64,000 nucleotides of DNA, taken from the NCBI RefSeq assembly GCF_009914755.1, contig NC_060936.1. One strand, given 5' to 3'. Positions 14,130-25,826 of the stretch are shown piece after piece. A program made the position numbers and the translations under genes. Below the pieces are notes generated by a model that ran no database searches, was not told the DNA's origin, and was given only the letters and a program-made list of their open reading frames with translations. The DNA is from the human T2T-CHM13v2.0 reference genome, Homo sapiens. Every line of letters begins with the position of its first letter. Position 1 is the stretch's first letter.

Positions 14130-14267
14130 GAGTTAGATTATGTTCATTTATCTTGATTGTACTAATGGTTTCATGGGTGTACACAAATATGAGAACTTAC
14201 CAAATGATATATTTTAAATATTTATAGTTATTATATGTCAAATGTACCTCAATACAGCTGTTAAAAT
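14130..14267 (+). mobile_element. Old L1 3' terminus (L1MD/ME-like)
   Basis: tatcttgattgt..atggtttcatgggtgtacac...tacctcaatacagctgttaaaa. Confidence 0.75.
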
Positions 14268-14349
14268 ATTATGAGAAACAAATAAAATAAACTAGTCTTT
14301 ATGTTAAAAAGCTGTTAAAATATTATGAGAAACAAACTAGTTTTTATGT
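14256..14349. repeat. Imperfect tandem duplication (~54-bp period)
   Basis: agctgttaaaatattatgagaaacaaa...actagt.tttatgt twice (14256, 14310). Confidence 0.9.
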
Positions 14350-16197
14350 GCATATAAAATAATCATATAATTTACTGATAAATATCACTCTATAATTTTT
14401 AAGTAAAATCTGTAAAGCACAACATTGGTAAGAAAAATTAATCAGAAACAGATGTTTAAGAAAACAATATCTCTAATGAACAGGGTCATCTAATGAGTAG
14501 GGATCTGCCACAAGAAAAAGTCAGCAAGTTTGCATTTATCTTTGTATTCACTTATTGCCATGTGATGTGTATTAAAAGACATATCTGAAATCTAACCCCC
14601 CCAATTAAGAAATACATAAAAATTTTGGCTCATAGATGTTTGCCAAATTTTTATTAAATTTGCTTGTTCCTTTACTTTCTTAATCCAAAGTTTTAAAAAA
14701 TATGTTTTACATCTATAGCAATAAAATCATTTCTATTTAGTTTGAACAAACGGGTGGTTTTACAAAATAATTTTCTAACAAGAGGTAGCAAAATCAATAT
14801 ACAGAGAAACTGGCACCAAGTATCACAAGTCAAAATGTAATGCAAAGTAGATTCAATAAGGGTCCTTGAGAGGTAAGTTGTTAAATTCTGTGATATTTTT
14901 AAAATTCACAACTAGCTGTTTCTCCCAAGTTGTATGAAGCTCTGCCTGCTATTTGTTTATTGCTCTGAGCAATATACCTGTCGACTGTTAGTAAGCCTCT
15001 GATTTGGTATGAAGTGGCTGCTTACAGAAGTGACAGGTCTGAATTACATAGGGCAGTAATTAATAAATATGTACTGATGTAGTCATAAGGATTCAATTAG
15101 TAAATACAGTGAATTTAATGGAAAAATTATCATCATTTGGGGAGCTCTCTGTATCTGACTCTAAACAATAAAAAGGGTTTATATACATCCACTAATTTTT
15201 CTTTTAAATTGCCTATTTTTGGTTTTGAGATATTACTTGTATACGTGTTAGTATTTAAGTCACCCACCTACTTATCAGGCGAATTTGGGAATTGTATTAC
15301 TCTTTATAAACAGAAGGTTTCATTCATAGAGAAGAGTAAATAATTATGTGAATGAGATATATTTTATCAATAAATGCAGCACATGACACTTTCCTTCTTT
15401 TGTAGACACTACCTACTTTGCTTTTTAAATGTCATCCATATTTATCAGACCACATGCTTCTTGACATTTAGGAATTTTAAAAATCAAATTGTAACTGAAG
15501 CTTTGACAACAGGAGCTGATTACCAAGGGACTGAAGAGTAACAGTTTTTTTTTCAAGCAGTAGGCTACAGTAGAAGTGTGAATTATCAGTCATTTGTGAT
15601 ACTCTTCAGGTGATTATTTATGCTTATTATCATAATGTAATTAAGCCTTTCTTAAAGCACTTAATAGTTCTTGGAAAGTTCCATGGAAAGTTTTAGGAAT
15701 TAAGTTGAATTTACTAGCCAACTTATTCTTTTTGTGTTCCCAAGTCATCTGTGTACATCATATTAGAAAATCATTCTGAAAATCTTCCGCAAAACAAAAT
15801 GTCTTACTTGAAAAGGAGTACTTAATGAAGATAATTATTTCTTCATAAAAAGTGAATTAAAACAAATGTTAAAATGTGTTTGATTATTCAAATTTATCTC
15901 TTAAAAGCCACATTCCAAAGTATATTAATGACTTGTCAACACTTTGTAAACTTTAATATTTCCACTAGATATGCCTGTAAATTATTTATCATCAATTAAT
16001 ATTATAATTATTTTCCTGCTCTCAAACCAGTTCATAATAATATCATCCAACATGTTTAGAAATCTCAGGGACCACAGGTGAGGGGGAATATTTACTGGGA
16101 AACTTTTAGTAAAAATAGTGGATTTATCAAGAATTGTGAGGGGCTTGCAATTTTACCCTATTTAAAGGTTAACAAGTTAGTAGACCACAGTTTACAT

Positions 16198-16342
16198 TTG
16201 AAAAATATAAATGAGCAAGGAAAACATCAATTCACTTTTTGAGTGCAGTATACCCAGATAACAAAACCGTACAAAAGCATCACAAGAAAATAAATGTACA
16301 GACCATTATCCCTCATGAATATAGACACAGAAATCCTTAAAG
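16198..16342 (+). mobile_element. Internal L1 ORF2 fragment
   Basis: aaaaccgtacaaaagcatcacaagaaaa..tacagaccattatccctcatgaatatagacacagaaatcctt. Confidence 0.8.
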
Positions 16343-16344
16343 AA

Positions 16345-16468
16345 CAGTGGTTCTCAAAATGTATTTCTAAATCAGGAGCAGCATCTTTTGAGAACTGATA
16401 AAAATGGAAATACTTGAGCCCTATCCCAGAGCTGCGGAATCAAAACTTTCAGAGTAGGAAGGGCAGCT
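16345..16468. mobile_element. MER5A-like hAT-Charlie half element
   Basis: TIR cagtggttctcaaaatgt...gcagcatc..gagaactgataaaaatg..gagccctatcccaga..gaatcaaaact. Confidence 0.75.
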
Positions 16469-19175
16469 ATTGGTATAAGATACAAGACTCCTGGATCAGA
16501 GACTAATAATAGTTTATTTCTCACAGCAGTGGCTTTAGACAGAGTATCATTACTTTTGCTTTGGTTATCTGAGGCTTGATTCTTGCAGGCTAATATGGAG
16601 AGAACCAATGGACATCTGCATATATAGTGGGTTGCATTATAGGAGAAGAACCCTGAGGTTAGAGAACCTGAGTATTTTGCAATGGGCAGTAATTGTGCTT
16701 GGCCTGTGCTCTGGAAGGAAATATCATCTTTATCTTTTAAGTTTGTTTGCTTCTCTGGAAAAGGTAGTGTGGCAACATGGTAGTCAATGCCTCTGATCTC
16801 AAGACATTCTATTTCTGAATAAAAACAGGAGAGATCCATAAAGAATTGTCTCTCAGTCATATTTTTTTTTCCTGGATGTATCTCTAGTCACTCTACACAG
16901 TAACTTCTCTAATGAGTATTTATCATGTGACTGACACAAAAATTTGTAAAAACCTCTGTATATTGAGATCTATCAAATTATGTATTGATATAGTATCAAT
17001 TCACTTACCATACTTTAGGAATGATATGTAAAAATCCTCACATTCCTACATCAAGGGAAACTTTATTGTTCTGAACAGTACACAAATCAGCCATCTTTCT
17101 TTGATTTAATAATTCTGGCTTCTATTACCAATTCTCTTGTTTAGGAAATCCAGTTCATTTCTTTTTTATTAAAGATATTATTAATGCAGTTATTTATGTG
17201 TAATAAATATAGAGAATCTAAGATTAAAAGTGATCATCAGTAGTTAAAACAATACACAGAAAAGGAACAATCCAAAATCCACAACCATCTATTCCTCTAT
17301 TAATGGACTACAATTCATAAAGGCTCGGCTAAAAATCCTTTAAGCTGATTAAGGTATCTTAAATATGAATCTTTAGAAGGATGTTTTATTAATTTTAAGA
17401 TAATGCTGAGCAGCAGCTATGTACTAGAAAAAAATGTAGCTGAAAAGAAATTGTATTAAAATCAAACATAGTTTAATATAAACACAAATAATAAGGTATA
17501 AATAAAACCTAAAATGGACAATGGGATAAAAATAACAGAGCCTGAAAACGGCCAATATTTGATATTTTGGAGGTAGCCACAGAAAGTAGGATTCAACATT
17601 GTGCTAGAGATGAAGTAGTTAGGACTTTGTTTTAGAAAGCTTCAGTCCCCTGCTTCTAATGTTATGAATAGATGTGGCTCTTCTCATAAGATTTAGCCCT
17701 GAAATTCAGTATTCTCCTGCTTTAGTCCTGCCCATAAAATATGAGATCCACCATAAATCAGTGAGAACCACCAGGAATACCAGCACTGAGCCATAAAACC
17801 ATCACCAGAGAGCGGTGTTCAAGCCAAACAGACTGATGCTGGGATGCTTAGTCAAAACCTGTGCCCAGTAAGTGCAGTCCTTATTGGGTGGACTTAAAAT
17901 GACTCAGTTGGATACTCTCTTGCGGAGATTTTAAAAATGAGATGCACACAAGTTTTAAATAGATGATTCTTGATTCTAAGAAAAATGAAGCATGATGTGT
18001 TATTTGAGTTGTCGTTTAGCTTGAATCATAGTAAAACTTTTTTTTTCTATTCTTCTTAAGTCTGGTACCCATTCAAGCCGTGGAGCTGTAAGTAGGATCC
18101 AGGAGCTATACAACTGAAGATGGCTTTCCATGATCACTCCCTTCTCCCTGCATTGATAGAATACATCTTCATTATCTAAAATAAACTGAGTACCTATCTT
18201 CCCTTCAAAGGGGAAGAATTTCCCTGATACATGAACATAGGATTAATTATGACTGAAGTATATAGTTTATAATATGGTTAACATAATGATAATTATGTAC
18301 AAAATTGCTTATGCTACATAAGGTAATTTTCTATGGATCTCTCATGGAAAATTCATTTGTAGAAATTAGTGAAATTATTACTTATGTCTGACTAAGGTGA
18401 ATAATGTCTGTGTTGGACAAGTGTAGTCCAGGCTATTACCCAGTTTATCTTCTATATCTATATCGATTTCTCTAGAAATACATTTAATATTAATTTGAGA
18501 GAATTCTCTCTCTGAATCTGAAGTGGCTCAAAATTTAATTTTAATCAAAGAACTCTTATAGATGGAATTTTTATAGCTCTGGAAACTCTGCTTTAAATTT
18601 TATTCTTAATTGCCTAGAAGATAAAATAGGCTTTTTCTCCTTCAATACAGTTTTCAAAATGTATTGGGTCAGCTACAAATTTGACCCTCAAGAAAGGCTT
18701 GTCGGATACTCCACAGGACACTATATCTTTCTGTTCTTTCTCTACAATGCTTTGCCTATATTTACAAAATCACTACAGCAGCTACATATCCTGTAAATCC
18801 TGTAATCTAATTATGCTGCAATATATTGCAGAGGGTTGGGGGGAGCAGAATTTATCCTTCTGTGAATATTTTTGAGAAGAGGATTCAACTTGAAAATACT
18901 TACCATGTGCACAAAAGTCTGATATCCTGTGCGTCACTAGTTTTCACAAATCTAGTTTCAACAATGTCTCCTTCACTTTCATAGCACTGGTTTTATTAAT
19001 TATTTCAAGATCTCTGGTGTGTAGACTACATATATATCTATTTAAAAGTAGTACAATAGTGTAAAATTTTAGCTGTAAAACTGCTTTGTAAATATCTGGG
19101 GAAAAGAGAAAACATAAGAATACATCTACCAATGATAGAAATTACTTTGCTATGTAAGATGAAATTAAAGGCGTG

Positions 19176-19666
<491 letters not shown>

Positions 19667-19687
19667 TGTAAAAGGAAGTAGTAGCTA

Positions 19688-19766
19688 TTAGGTTGATGCA
19701 AAAGTAATTGTGATTTTGCCATTACTTTCAATGGCAAAAATGACAATACCTTTTGCACCAATCTAA
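19688..19766. mobile_element. Made1 (Hsmar1-derived MITE), complete palindrome
   Basis: TA|ttaggttgatgcaaaagtaattg...ttttgcaccaatctaa|TA, 79 bp. Confidence 0.95.
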
Positions 19767-21109
19767 TAGATGATCTTAAAGGTTTCTACTAGTTCTAGCA
19801 CTTTAAATTCACAAGATTATTTTTAATACCATCCACTAGCTAGTATATGGGGAAAAAAAAACCCTTCTACTAACCACGCCAAAGCTCTATTTTATTTTAG
19901 TATTAAAGGCGAACAAAGGATATAATGAGATAATTGGTCATAAGAAGCATCTCTTTGCCACTATATAGCATGGTCCTAGCCCATAGACACCTGATGGGCC
20001 TCTCTGGACAAAATATTTATGCACAAAATTTTCCCAGATTTTTACTTAAATCTCTTACTGTGATTGATAAAATTGAAATTAACCTATCCAGTCTTCAAAT
20101 GATTTGATGGGATAAAGAGATCATGAGGGAGGAGAGGAAAATGAAGATTCCAAAACAAATGGTGGATCCTACTGTTACCTTGGAGACAGGGTCTCCATGT
20201 TTTGTTTCTTGATATGTAACCACTTTTTCTGGTGGAAGAGCACACATACTGATACATGAACTGAATGTGTATGATATAACAAATGCCCAAAAGAGGAAAA
20301 CTTAATTTTATGAGTGGGTGTTATATGTAGGGTGAGGAGTTTGGGTTGTTGGAGGTACTGAAACATGTCTCTCTGCCTATAGATAAGATGCATCGATAGC
20401 CCCTTCTCTTTTCCCATGTATCTATGGAGAAATGTTTGTTGACCAAAATGCAGAGAAAAAAAAAAACAGAACAGTACAGCATGGGTAACCATGTTCCCTG
20501 GGAATGTGAAGCATTCATCAGAGCCATCATTTAAAACCTCTGCATGGAGAAAGTGATTAAATGAGGCTTGAGAAACTAGGCTCCAAGAGAAGGAGAGGAA
20601 TTAAGTTTTTATCTAATAAAACAGCAGCCAGCCACAAGCCTGAAAGGTTACCCTTTCTTTATCTTCAAACTTTGTAAGAAAGCCACAAACATTTGAAATG
20701 CTTGATATGATTGAAGCTCTTGTCATGGCCAATGGTAGAAATAGTTTAGTGATGAAGAGCACACATGAGTCTCCATGAAGGTAGGAACCGAGACCAAAGG
20801 GGCTTTGAGGAATTAAGTTTGGATGCTTTCAGGAGTGGCAAGGGAGTCTAGTGTTACAAAGATGGTAAAATCATGATGTGAGGCATGCTTATAAATCTCA
20901 AACCTTATGAGGCCTCAGATGACCTAAATACATTTAGTCTGCCCAGTTACTTAAACACATTTAGTATGCCCAGTAATTATAATACTACACAACTTCATAA
21001 ACACAGTCATATGATTTCTTTTTTTGCACTGGGAAGTATCTCAGAGACCATCCCATAGCTGAGGGAAGTACTGGACTCTACTCCCTCTGGATCTTAAATT
21101 ATTCTTTTA

Positions 21110-21570
21110 TTTATACTTCATTAAATTACATTAAGATGCAAGGGAACTTCATAGTGTTGAGAAGTTTAGCTGAGTTTATGTATTCAGAGTACAGTTGGCC
21201 CTCCCTATCCATGGGTTTCATAACCATGGATTCAACCAACTGCAAAAAAAAAAAAAATGGATGGTTGCCAAACACGTCCAGACTTTATCATCATTATTTC
21301 CTAAATAACACAGTATAGCAACTATTTACGTAAATTTTACATTAGATCGGGTATTATAAGTAATCTACAGATGATTTAAGGTATACAAGAGGAGGTGGGT
21401 AGGTTATGTGTGACTATTATGCCATTTTCTATAAGGGACTTAAGTATCCATGGATTTTGGTATCCATAGGGATCTAAGAATCAATCTTCTATGAACACTG
21501 GGGGATGGCTGTTCTTAGAACTGTTTCTAGCACAAAATAAGTATTCGATTAATTTTAGGTGTTGTTGATG
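21110..21570 (+). mobile_element. MIR 3' part, split by MER2
   Basis: cttcatagtgttgagaagtttagctgag before and cttagaactgtttctagcacaaaataagtattc after. Confidence 0.55.
21192..21511. mobile_element. MER2 (TcMar-Tigger) DNA transposon
   Basis: cagttggccctccctatccatggg...ggtattataagtaatctacagatgatttaa...ggattttggtatcca...ggatggctg. Confidence 0.92.
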
Positions 21571-21644
21571 TTACCTAATCTGTGCTCTTTTGTAGTACTC
21601 ACAGCTTAATATTTTTAATCAAATAAAAAATCCATACATCTTAC

Positions 21645-21730
21645 TAAAATGCTTTTTGTTATATGAATAAATAAATGTTTTGATCAATAAAATGCTTTTT
21701 GTTATACGAATAAATAAATGTTTTTATCAA
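21645..21730. repeat. 43-bp tandem duplication (2 mismatches)
   Basis: taaaatgctttttgttata(t/c)gaataaataaatgtttt(g/t)atcaa x2. Confidence 0.95.
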
Positions 21731-21884
21731 AAAATTTTCTAGATTGTCATGAAGGCATTGTTAGGGAATTTTTTTGTTGTTGTTGGGGTAAATGAAGCAT
21801 GAAAGCATAAACAACACTAAAAGCTAACCAATTATAAAACTCAAATACATACTGAAAAGTAGAGTGACCTTTCAACAAAAAAAA

Positions 21885-22024
21885 TCACTTGGTTTAACAA
21901 TTTCATTTTTCAAATGAAGAAACTGAGGGCCAGAGAGTTTGAGACTCGTTCTTAGAAATAAAGTGACAAAAAAGACCCTAGAACTTAAGTATTTTGACCT
22001 AGAACCTTTTTTCACTATGCCACA
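21885..22024 (-). mobile_element. MIR fragment
   Basis: catttttcaaatgaagaaactgagggccagagag. Confidence 0.75.
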
Positions 22025-22824
22025 TACAAACTGCAGGGAGTTAAAAAGGATCAAGTGACATTTGATTCAGAGGGGAAAAACACATCAAAACAAGCAAACA
22101 AGAAAATGAAAGGGTATTTCCTGTGTGAGATATTAAGTGGGGGGGGGGCGGCTAATGGGGGTAGTTAATTAAGTAATAGCCTCTTTCTGCTTCCATAGAT
22201 TCCCATAAAACATTATCTTTGGGGCTGATTTTTGAAAATATTAAATGCAAAATCACAGGGCAGTTTATGCCCTTTGATTCCACATATGCGTATGTGCATG
22301 CACAAATGAGACATCTGTATAGAAGACACAGCAAATGAGAAAAGTTGCTTTCCCTGGAAAAAAGCATGGTGGTTAGAGGAAGATGCAGTTATTTTAACTG
22401 TATACAATCATATGCTGCATGTATTTTTATAATAGTATGTCACACTTTACTATTAAAATGATATATAAGCCAACACAAAATGCTAGTTTTGCCTTTCACC
22501 CTTTGACTCTGAAAATATGAAATTTCTTAACAACATCAACTATCTTTAAATTCATGCAGAGACAGCTACTTCCTTGCTGTGGACCATCTATCATTTTCTT
22601 AAATCAGAACACAAAAATCATGTTATTTATTATTTTATATCTCCTTATGTCTCCACTGGAATATTTATTTTAAACCCCTCACCAGGAAGACCTTTAAAAA
22701 AAGAAAGAAAACATGATACTCAGTCTAATGTGAATACTGAAATTTATTACAGTAGTAACAAGCACTGTACAGCAATGATTTGCTGTATTTAGATTGCATG
22801 TGATCATAAACAAAGAATTGATCT

Positions 22825-22888
22825 CACACAAGCCTACTTATACTTCCTGTGACTCCCACACAAGCCTACTTACACTTCCTATGAACCC
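22825..22888. repeat. 32-bp tandem duplication
   Basis: cacacaagcctactta(t/c)acttcct(g/a)tga.. x2. Confidence 0.95.
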
Positions 22889-23661
22889 AGAGAGACATTG
22901 TAAAGTAGCAACTATAGTAAAAAAATTTTCAGATGCAGTGTGTCTTTAATAACATATTGTAGTTTTGTGATCTCCAAGGAGCCTTTAAAAGATAGATTTT
23001 CTTTAAGGCAGGCTTACCTATGCAATTCTTTTTTGATTACAGTTACCTTCCCTTTCTTTTTCAAATCTTTCAAAAGCAATAACAACTGAGTTCACAAAAC
23101 AATTTCATTGCTATTCTTTATTATGTATTTTACAAATAAGCTTTTTATTCTCATATTTTATGATTAACCAATATATGTTAAAGTAGGACTGCTATGTAGT
23201 CTACGTGCATAACGTGCAATCATGTCAGAAGTTCCAGATGTTAACATGTTTGAATATCTCAGAACTAGTAGAAAAATAGCCACAACCCTGAGTTCCCTTA
23301 GCACCTCCCCCAGTATTTTGGCCATCCTGTCAAGATTGCAGCAAGATCCAGAAATTATGAGCTAACATTTGAAACAGTAGGGAGCCCCTAGAACTCTGCC
23401 TTAGCCCCTGCTCATTTGTGACATAATTCTTGTTAAATGTTTTGAATATCAAGGGATGCTGATTTGAATTTACATTGCATACTACTTTTGTTACAATTTT
23501 TATATTAGAAAGTAGAAGAAAATAGTTGCATTTAAGCCCAAGAATATGGGCTATAACCTTATTACACTGATGTACCTGGTTGGGTCTATTTCGGGGACGT
23601 TTTCTGGAAGAGTTGTTGGAGGTCCCGCTTTCCAACTGATGATTCCTTGGACACCACAACC

Positions 23662-23918
23662 CAGCTTTAGTAAAAAATGCAAGATCAGGAGTTAGACTGT
23701 CTGGATTTTGAATCTTGGTTTTGTCACCCCACTAGCTGTGAAATCTTAGGTGATTTTTTAACTTATCTATGCCCTATGTAATGACGATCATAAACAGAGT
23801 AATTTTTATACATATTTGATGGCATATTTTAAAGCATATTTTATACAATTAATGTAAAGCACTTAAAAAAGTGTATGAAAAATATTATGTTCAATAACTA
23901 TTACTTGTCACTGTTGTG
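23662..23918 (+). mobile_element. MIR
   Basis: ggagttagactgtctggattttgaatcttgg..actagctgtg..atgtaaagcactta..ttcaataac. Confidence 0.75.
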
Positions 23919-24289
23919 TTGAAGGTCATTGTCAGTATTACTGGGTCATATTGCCATCATTCAGCAGGCCAGAAAATTTCTAGTGATTCATAAATTTAGG
24001 CCTAGATTTCAGAAACAATGAGTAATTGTTTTATACAATCTATTCTAGCAGAAGCACCCCCAAAGTAAAAGTTATCTTTCAGTCTACCAAATAAAATCTT
24101 TCTGCAGAAAGGCACTCATTATCAAATCACCTTTAATTTAATAAAATATACTAATGGTACAGTATTACAATAATTCAGTTACAATTCTGCTCTGTACTTA
24201 CCCTGCTTCTTGTCTGTTCCTTGAAAAAAGAGAAAACAGTTAATGAACTTTTGCATTCTGCACAGGTAGGAGACAGTAGCAAGCAGAAG

Positions 24290-24460
24290 AACTACATATA
24301 TTTAAGTCTATTATCTTGATTCCTCATAGCACTCTTAAATAGTAGTTATCATTATTTCCGTTTTACAAATAAGGAAAAAGATGATTAAGAAAGGCTAAAT
24401 AACTTTTCTAAGATTACAGACCTAAGTTGAATAACTGTTTTCCAAAATCAAATATGCCAT
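24290..24460 (-). mobile_element. MIR fragment
   Basis: attcctcatagcactct..attatttccgttttacaaataaggaaa..ggctaaataactt. Confidence 0.7.
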
Positions 24461-24496
24461 TTGTAAAAGTATTTAATAAATAAATAGCCATGATAA

Positions 24497-24860
<364 letters not shown>

Positions 24861-25330
24861 TTAGGATGCATTTTAAAAAAAATGTTTAAGAATGGGAAGC
24901 TGCTTTTTTCACCCCCAAATTAACTCTTATGTGAAAACTATATACATCATAGCTAAAAAAGATTTGTCAATATAAGCATATTTTATACTTTCAAATTCAC
25001 AATATATTGCTGATAAAATCCATGAGTGAGAATAAGTGAAGCAGTTTTGAGTAAAAACTAACTTTTCATCTAAGGGGTTATGGGCATCAGCTGCATTTGT
25101 CACCCTTGACATCAAAATCCATTTTTTCACTTGCATTCACAAGAAAAACCTTCGTTGTATCTTTATTAGTTTTGCCTATGAAAACAGTTTTTCAAGTAGA
25201 TTTCATAATCTCAGGTTATTCTTGCATTAAAACTGATCCAAAAGCCTGAAATTGGAATAGAATGATACTTAAGTTTCCAAGTGAAAAATTAGCCATAACT
25301 AACATAGATAACATTTTCTGTTATAATAGT

Positions 25331-25646
25331 TTTTATTATTTATTTATTTATTTGTTTATTTTTGAGACAGAGACTCACTCTGTCCCCCCAGGCTGGAGTG
25401 CAGTGGTGCGATCTTGACTCACTGCAACCTCCGCCTCTCAGGCTCAAGAGATTCTCGTGCCTCAGCCTCCTGAATAGCTGAGATTACAGGCATGTGCCAC
25501 CACGCCCAACTAATTTTTGTATTTTTAATAGAGATGAGGTTTCACCACGTTGGCCAGGCTGTTCTCAAACTCCTGACCTCAAATGATCTGCCCACTTCGG
25601 CCTCCCAAAGTGCTGTGATTACAAGCATGAGTCACTGTGCCCAGCC
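25331..25646 (-). mobile_element. Alu (AluSx/Sz-like) with (TTTA)n tail
   Basis: Full dimer in antisense. Confidence 0.95.
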
Positions 25647-25803
25647 TTTTTAAACAGTTTTTAAATAAAAGAAGAAATATTCATAAATTACAAAAGTTTT
25701 TTAAAAATAAAACCACCTAGTAGATTAAATATTTATTTGATATGTAACAACTCACATATAAAATGGTGAAGATTCGTCTCTTACCTGATAGTAATTTATC
25801 TCC

Positions 25804-25826
25804 TTTGCTTTGCTTTGCTTTGCTTT
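25804..25826. repeat. (TTTGC)n microsatellite
   Basis: tttgctttgctttgctttgcttt. Confidence 0.9.

Larger units (their letters stand above)
16135..16859 (-). mobile_element. ERVL-class solo LTR (LTR47/MER76-like) carrying a ~270-bp foreign insert
   Basis: tgtgaggggcttgcaattttaccctat..aacaagttag..ccacagttt resumes as aagatacaagactcctggatcagagac; ends gagagatccataaagaattgtctctca. Confidence 0.7.

Noticed and set aside
16372-16860. 162-aa minus-strand ORF
   Set aside because: Spans an LTR and a MER5A fragment; no recognisable domain; chance ORF.
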